Origin: Candidatus Methylomirabilia bacterium
GTDB taxonomy: Bacteria > Methylomirabilota > Methylomirabilia > Rokubacteriales > CSP1-6
Direction of reading: 5' to 3'
NCBI GenBank assembly: GCA_041497895.1
Contig: JBGQHJ010000159.1
Location: 1-10,955, forward strand
Length of the DNA: 10,955 nucleotides
Within the stretch, counting starts at the first letter, position 1, and each line of letters starts with the position of its first letter. A model generated the notes under the pieces. The model did not search any database. It was not told where the DNA came from and saw nothing but the letters and a program-made list of their open reading frames with translations. The position numbers and the translations under genes were made by a program. Below are positions 8,693 through 10,955 of this stretch, one piece after another.

Positions 8693-9565
8693 TCAGGCCC
8701 CTTTCTGCGCGCGCTCGATCGCCTTGCGGAGCGCGCGGCCGGTCAGCACCCGCACCAGGTCCTTCTTGTACTCGACCGAGCCGCGCAGGTCCGCGGCCGG
8801 ATCGGCCGCCTCCGCCGCGAGCTGGGACGCCTGCTTGATGGCGGCCTCGTCGGGCCGCTTGCCCCGGAGCGCGGCCTCGGCCTTGACCGCCTTGATCGGC
8901 ACCGAGCCCACGTTGGTGAGGCCGATGCCGATGTCCTGGCAGATCCCGCCGCTCAGGGTGAGCTGCACCGCCACCGCGGCGGTCGCGAAGTCGCCCACCT
9001 TGCGCTCCATCTTCACGTAGGCGCCCCCGCTGCCCGGCCGCGGGGCCGGCACGCGAATCTCGACCACGATCTCGTCGGGCCGGAGCGCGGTGCTGAAGGG
9101 CCCGGTGAAGAACGCGCCGATGGGGATCTTGCGCTCGCCCCCGGTGCCGACCGCCACCACCTCGGCGCCCAGAGCCAGCATGGTGGCCGGGTGGTCGTTG
9201 GCGGGATCGCCGTGGGCGAGGTTGCCGCCGACCGTCGCGAGGTTGCGCACGATCGGGTCCGCGATCACCTTGCAGGTGTCGAAGAGAAGCGGGTAGCGGC
9301 TCTTCACCACGTCGGACTCCTCGAGGTCGGCCTCGCGGGTGAGCCCGCCGATGCGGAGCGCGCCGCCGTCCTCGCGGACGTAGGCGAGGCCGGGCAGGCC
9401 GTTGATGTCGATCAGGTGATGCGGGGCGGCGAGGCGGAGCTTCATCAGCGGGATCAGGCTCTGCCCTCCCGAGAGGACCTTCGCGTCGTCGCCGAGCTTC
9501 GCGAGGAGCGCGGTGGCCTCGCCGAGCGAGCTGGGAGCGTGATACTCAAAGACGCCCGGAATCAT
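8693..9565 (-). CDS. coxM: Carbon monoxide dehydrogenase medium (FAD) subunit, canonical-length portion
   Basis: 290 aa from ATG 9565, 'MIPGVFEYHAPSSL'. FAD motifs are 'LSGGQSLIPLMKLR' and 'VRNLATVGGNLAHGDPANDHPA', plus 'KMERKVGDFA'. It has its own RBS-like AAGGGAG about 9 nt upstream and is in frame with the upstream HTH region with no intervening stop. Confidence 0.95.
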   Translation of the reverse strand: MIPGVFEYHAPSSLGEATALLAKLGDDAKVLSGGQSLIPLMKLRLAAPHHLIDINGLPGLAYVREDGGALRIGGLTREADLEESDVVKSRYPLLFDTCKVIADPIVRNLATVGGNLAHGDPANDHPATMLALGAEVVAVGTGGERKIPIGAFFTGPFSTALRPDEIVVEIRVPAPRPGSGGAYVKMERKVGDFATAAVAVQLTLSGGICQDIGIGLTNVGSVPIKAVKAEAALRGKRPDEAAIKQASQLAAEAADPAADLRGSVEYKKDLVRVLTGRALRKAIERAQKGA

Positions 9566-10054
9566 CGTGGTGACTCCCTTCTGGATCTGCCCGGCGCGGG
9601 AGCTCGCGAGGCTGAGCCCGGCCCGCTTCAGGGTGATCCGGAGCGACTCCAGCGACAGCACGGGCACCGCACCGGTCTGGACGAGATATCGCCGCAGCCT
9701 CGCCAGACTCCACCGCGCCCCCTGGATGCCCAGATCCCGGGGCCGGGCGCTCACGACCATGGTGATGTGACGGAGTACCTCGGAGGAGATCCTGGGGGGT
9801 CGCCCGGAGCGGGGGCGATCCAGCAGCCCGGCGACGCCGGACCGATCGAAGCGCTCGAGACAGTGCGCGACGGTGGGGCGCGAGAGGCCGAGCCGCTGCA
9901 CGATCTCGGGCACCGACGCGCGCATCGCGGAGAGAAGCACGACCGCGGCCCGCTCGCGGCCCGCGCCGGACCCGGCCTCGCGCAACCGGATCAACTCCGA
10001 GCGCTCGGCCTCGGTGGGCTCCCGCACGAACCGCCTGGGAACGTCTGGCGCCAC
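8693..10054 (-). CDS. Putative fusion: IS630-transposase-like HTH module (9566-10054) plus CoxM, 453 aa
   Basis: GTG 10054 is preceded by a strong RBS, GAGGGAGAGGTGATGG-GTG. The N-terminal 163 aa contain 'FVREPTEAERSEL', 'RAAVVLLSA...SVPEIVQRLGLSRPTV...RFDRSGVAGLLDRPRSGRPPRI' and 'PRDLGI..ARWSLARLRRYL...LSLESLRITLKRAGLS', which is the pattern of IS630 N-terminal HTH domains. No DDE domain follows. Confidence 0.72.
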   Translation of the reverse strand: MAPDVPRRFVREPTEAERSELIRLREAGSGAGRERAAVVLLSAMRASVPEIVQRLGLSRPTVAHCLERFDRSGVAGLLDRPRSGRPPRISSEVLRHITMVVSARPRDLGIQGARWSLARLRRYLVQTGAVPVLSLESLRITLKRAGLSLASSRAGQIQKGVTTMIPGVFEYHAPSSLGEATALLAKLGDDAKVLSGGQSLIPLMKLRLAAPHHLIDINGLPGLAYVREDGGALRIGGLTREADLEESDVVKSRYPLLFDTCKVIADPIVRNLATVGGNLAHGDPANDHPATMLALGAEVVAVGTGGERKIPIGAFFTGPFSTALRPDEIVVEIRVPAPRPGSGGAYVKMERKVGDFATAAVAVQLTLSGGICQDIGIGLTNVGSVPIKAVKAEAALRGKRPDEAAIKQASQLAAEAADPAADLRGSVEYKKDLVRVLTGRALRKAIERAQKGA

Positions 10055-10134
10055 CCATCACCTCTCCCTCGAGGAGCAGGGCTCATCATGACAAGGGACT
10101 TTCCGGTGATCGCGAAAACCCCCGACGGCCACGC

Positions 10135-10163
10135 AAGGTACGAGACCGGGAGGGCCCTGTCAA
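10135..10163 (-). promoter_or_regulatory. Sigma70-type promoter for the HTH-coxM/coxS/coxL operon
   Basis: The minus strand reads TTGACA (10163-10158), exactly 17 nt, then TACCTT (10140-10135). The predicted TSS is near 10128, about 74 nt before GTG 10054. Confidence 0.75.
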
Positions 10164-10185
10164 GGACCACCGCGGGAAGACCGGC

Positions 10186-10770
10186 CTAGAGCGGCTTGAG
10201 CGGGGGCTCCTCGCCCGCGGGCAGCGGGTAGCGGTCGACGTTCAGGACCATCGAGACGATCGAGTAGTACCCGGACGCCGCGATCAGGTCGATGACGCCC
10301 TGCGGGCCGAAGCGGTCGCTGGCGGCCTTGAAGGTGGCGTCGCCGACCGCCCGGTCGCGGAAGAGCTCGGTGCAGAAGTCGTACACGATGCGCTGATCCT
10401 CGCTCATCGCGGCCGGGCGGCGCCCCTCCGCGATCGCGTCGATGATCGGGTCGGGCAGGCCGGCGGTGCGGGCCAGGCGGCGGTGGGCCCAGAACTCGAA
10501 CTGCGCGCTCCAGAAGCGGCCGGTGATCAGGATCGCCATCTCGTTGAGCGCGGCCGGGATGCTGCTCTGGAACCGGACGTACTCGCCGACCATCTGGATC
10601 CGGTCGGCCGCGTCCGGGCTGCGCAGCAGGGCGTTGAAGGGGCCGCTCGCTCCCTTGCGCGGGCCCGACACGATCTTCTGATAGCTCTCGCGCTGGCGCG
10701 GGGTCATGGTGGCCTCGGTGAGGAGAGGGAAGCGGCGGCCGTCGGGGGCCGGAGTCTCGGAGCGGCTCAT
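10186..10770 (-). CDS. CMD/AhpD-like family protein (variant without the cysteine motif)
   Basis: 194 aa from ATG 10770 with RBS GAGGAGGA 6 nt upstream. It contains 'GPFNALLRSP', 'LNEMAILITGRFWSAQFEFWAH' and 'FGPQGVIDLIAASGYYSIVSMVLNV'. Confidence 0.85.
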   Translation of the reverse strand: MSRSETPAPDGRRFPLLTEATMTPRQRESYQKIVSGPRKGASGPFNALLRSPDAADRIQMVGEYVRFQSSIPAALNEMAILITGRFWSAQFEFWAHRRLARTAGLPDPIIDAIAEGRRPAAMSEDQRIVYDFCTELFRDRAVGDATFKAASDRFGPQGVIDLIAASGYYSIVSMVLNVDRYPLPAGEEPPLKPL

Positions 10771-10819
10771 GGATGATCCTCCTCGCTTGGATGCGGCACG
10801 ACGGGGGCGCGGCTCCTCA

Positions 10820-10955
10820 CTGATGTCATGAGAACGGCCGCGCGCTGCTGCTACCCTCGGACCACCCGAGCGCGACAGCGCGCAGAAAGAGGAGGCCGCG
10901 ATCATGATACTCGTCGGATGTGATCTGCACTCGCGCACGCAACAGGTCGCAGTGC
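10820..10955 (+). mobile_element. Probable left end of an IS110-family insertion sequence (boundary approximate)
   Basis: Non-coding, hairpin-rich segment directly upstream of the IS110-like start. It contains a possible extended -10, TGCTACCCT, at 10849-10857. The exact end cannot be fixed without another copy or an empty site. Confidence 0.5.
10904..10955 (+). CDS. IS110-family transposase/recombinase, N-terminus only (truncated by the window edge)
   Basis: Not in the ORF track. RBS AAAGAGGAGG is followed by ATG 10904, giving MILVGCDLHSRTQQVAV. This matches the hydrophobic-G-x-D-x-H first strand of the RuvC-like DEDD domain of IS110 transposases. Only 17 codons are visible. Confidence 0.72.
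   Translation, partial: MILVGCDLHSRTQQVAV

Noticed and set aside
9546..10061. 171-aa alternative-frame ORF over the HTH region
   Set aside because: It has low-complexity Arg/Ala-rich sequence with no domain pattern. The frame starting at 10054 carries the HTH motifs and better RBS spacing.
10078..10175. CooA/CRP-FNR-type site built from the TGTCA/TGACA half-sites
   Set aside because: Neither half-site has a partner at the required 6-nt spacing, and the two are in the wrong order and about 65 nt apart.
9566..10185. Intact, active IS630 element upstream of coxM
   Set aside because: There is no DDE catalytic domain in the frames I could read, and no convincing terminal inverted repeats with a TA duplication.
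10086..10831. 8-mer TCATGACA (10086-10093) and its inverse TGTCATGA (10824-10831) flanking the second CMD gene
   Set aside because: The match is too short and largely a TCATGA palindrome, so it cannot be distinguished from chance.
10771..10938. 56-aa N-terminal extension of the second CMD gene
   Set aside because: A strong RBS sits directly before ATG 10770, and the extension would overlap the IS110-like start on the other strand.
1..10955. CRISPR arrays, tRNA or rRNA genes
   Set aside because: No regularly spaced direct repeats or RNA-gene patterns were seen, and nearly all of the window is accounted for by protein-coding genes.

Overview
High-GC bacterial window made mostly of minus-strand genes. 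The core is a form I aerobic [Mo-Cu] carbon monoxide dehydrogenase cluster in M-S-L order: coxM 8693-9565, coxS 8219-8689 and coxL 5853-8222, the last with the AYRCSFR active-site loop. It is followed by one XdhC/CoxF-like maturation gene with a C-terminal YHS metal-binding domain. The most unusual feature is that coxM is the C-terminal part of one uninterrupted 453-aa ORF (8693-10054). Its N-terminal ~163 aa resemble the DNA-binding HTH module of an IS630-family transposase with no DDE domain. This ORF has a near-consensus sigma70 promoter and a structured leader covering its RBS, while the native coxM start keeps its own internal RBS. Downstream lies a tight catabolic operon: CoA-transferase alpha, an enolase-superfamily enzyme with atypical catalytic residues, CoA-transferase beta and an MFS transporter. 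Two CMD/AhpD-like genes flank the block, and the start of an IS110-family transposase with a structured upstream non-coding region is at the right edge. All family calls come from reading motifs by eye; no database searches were run.
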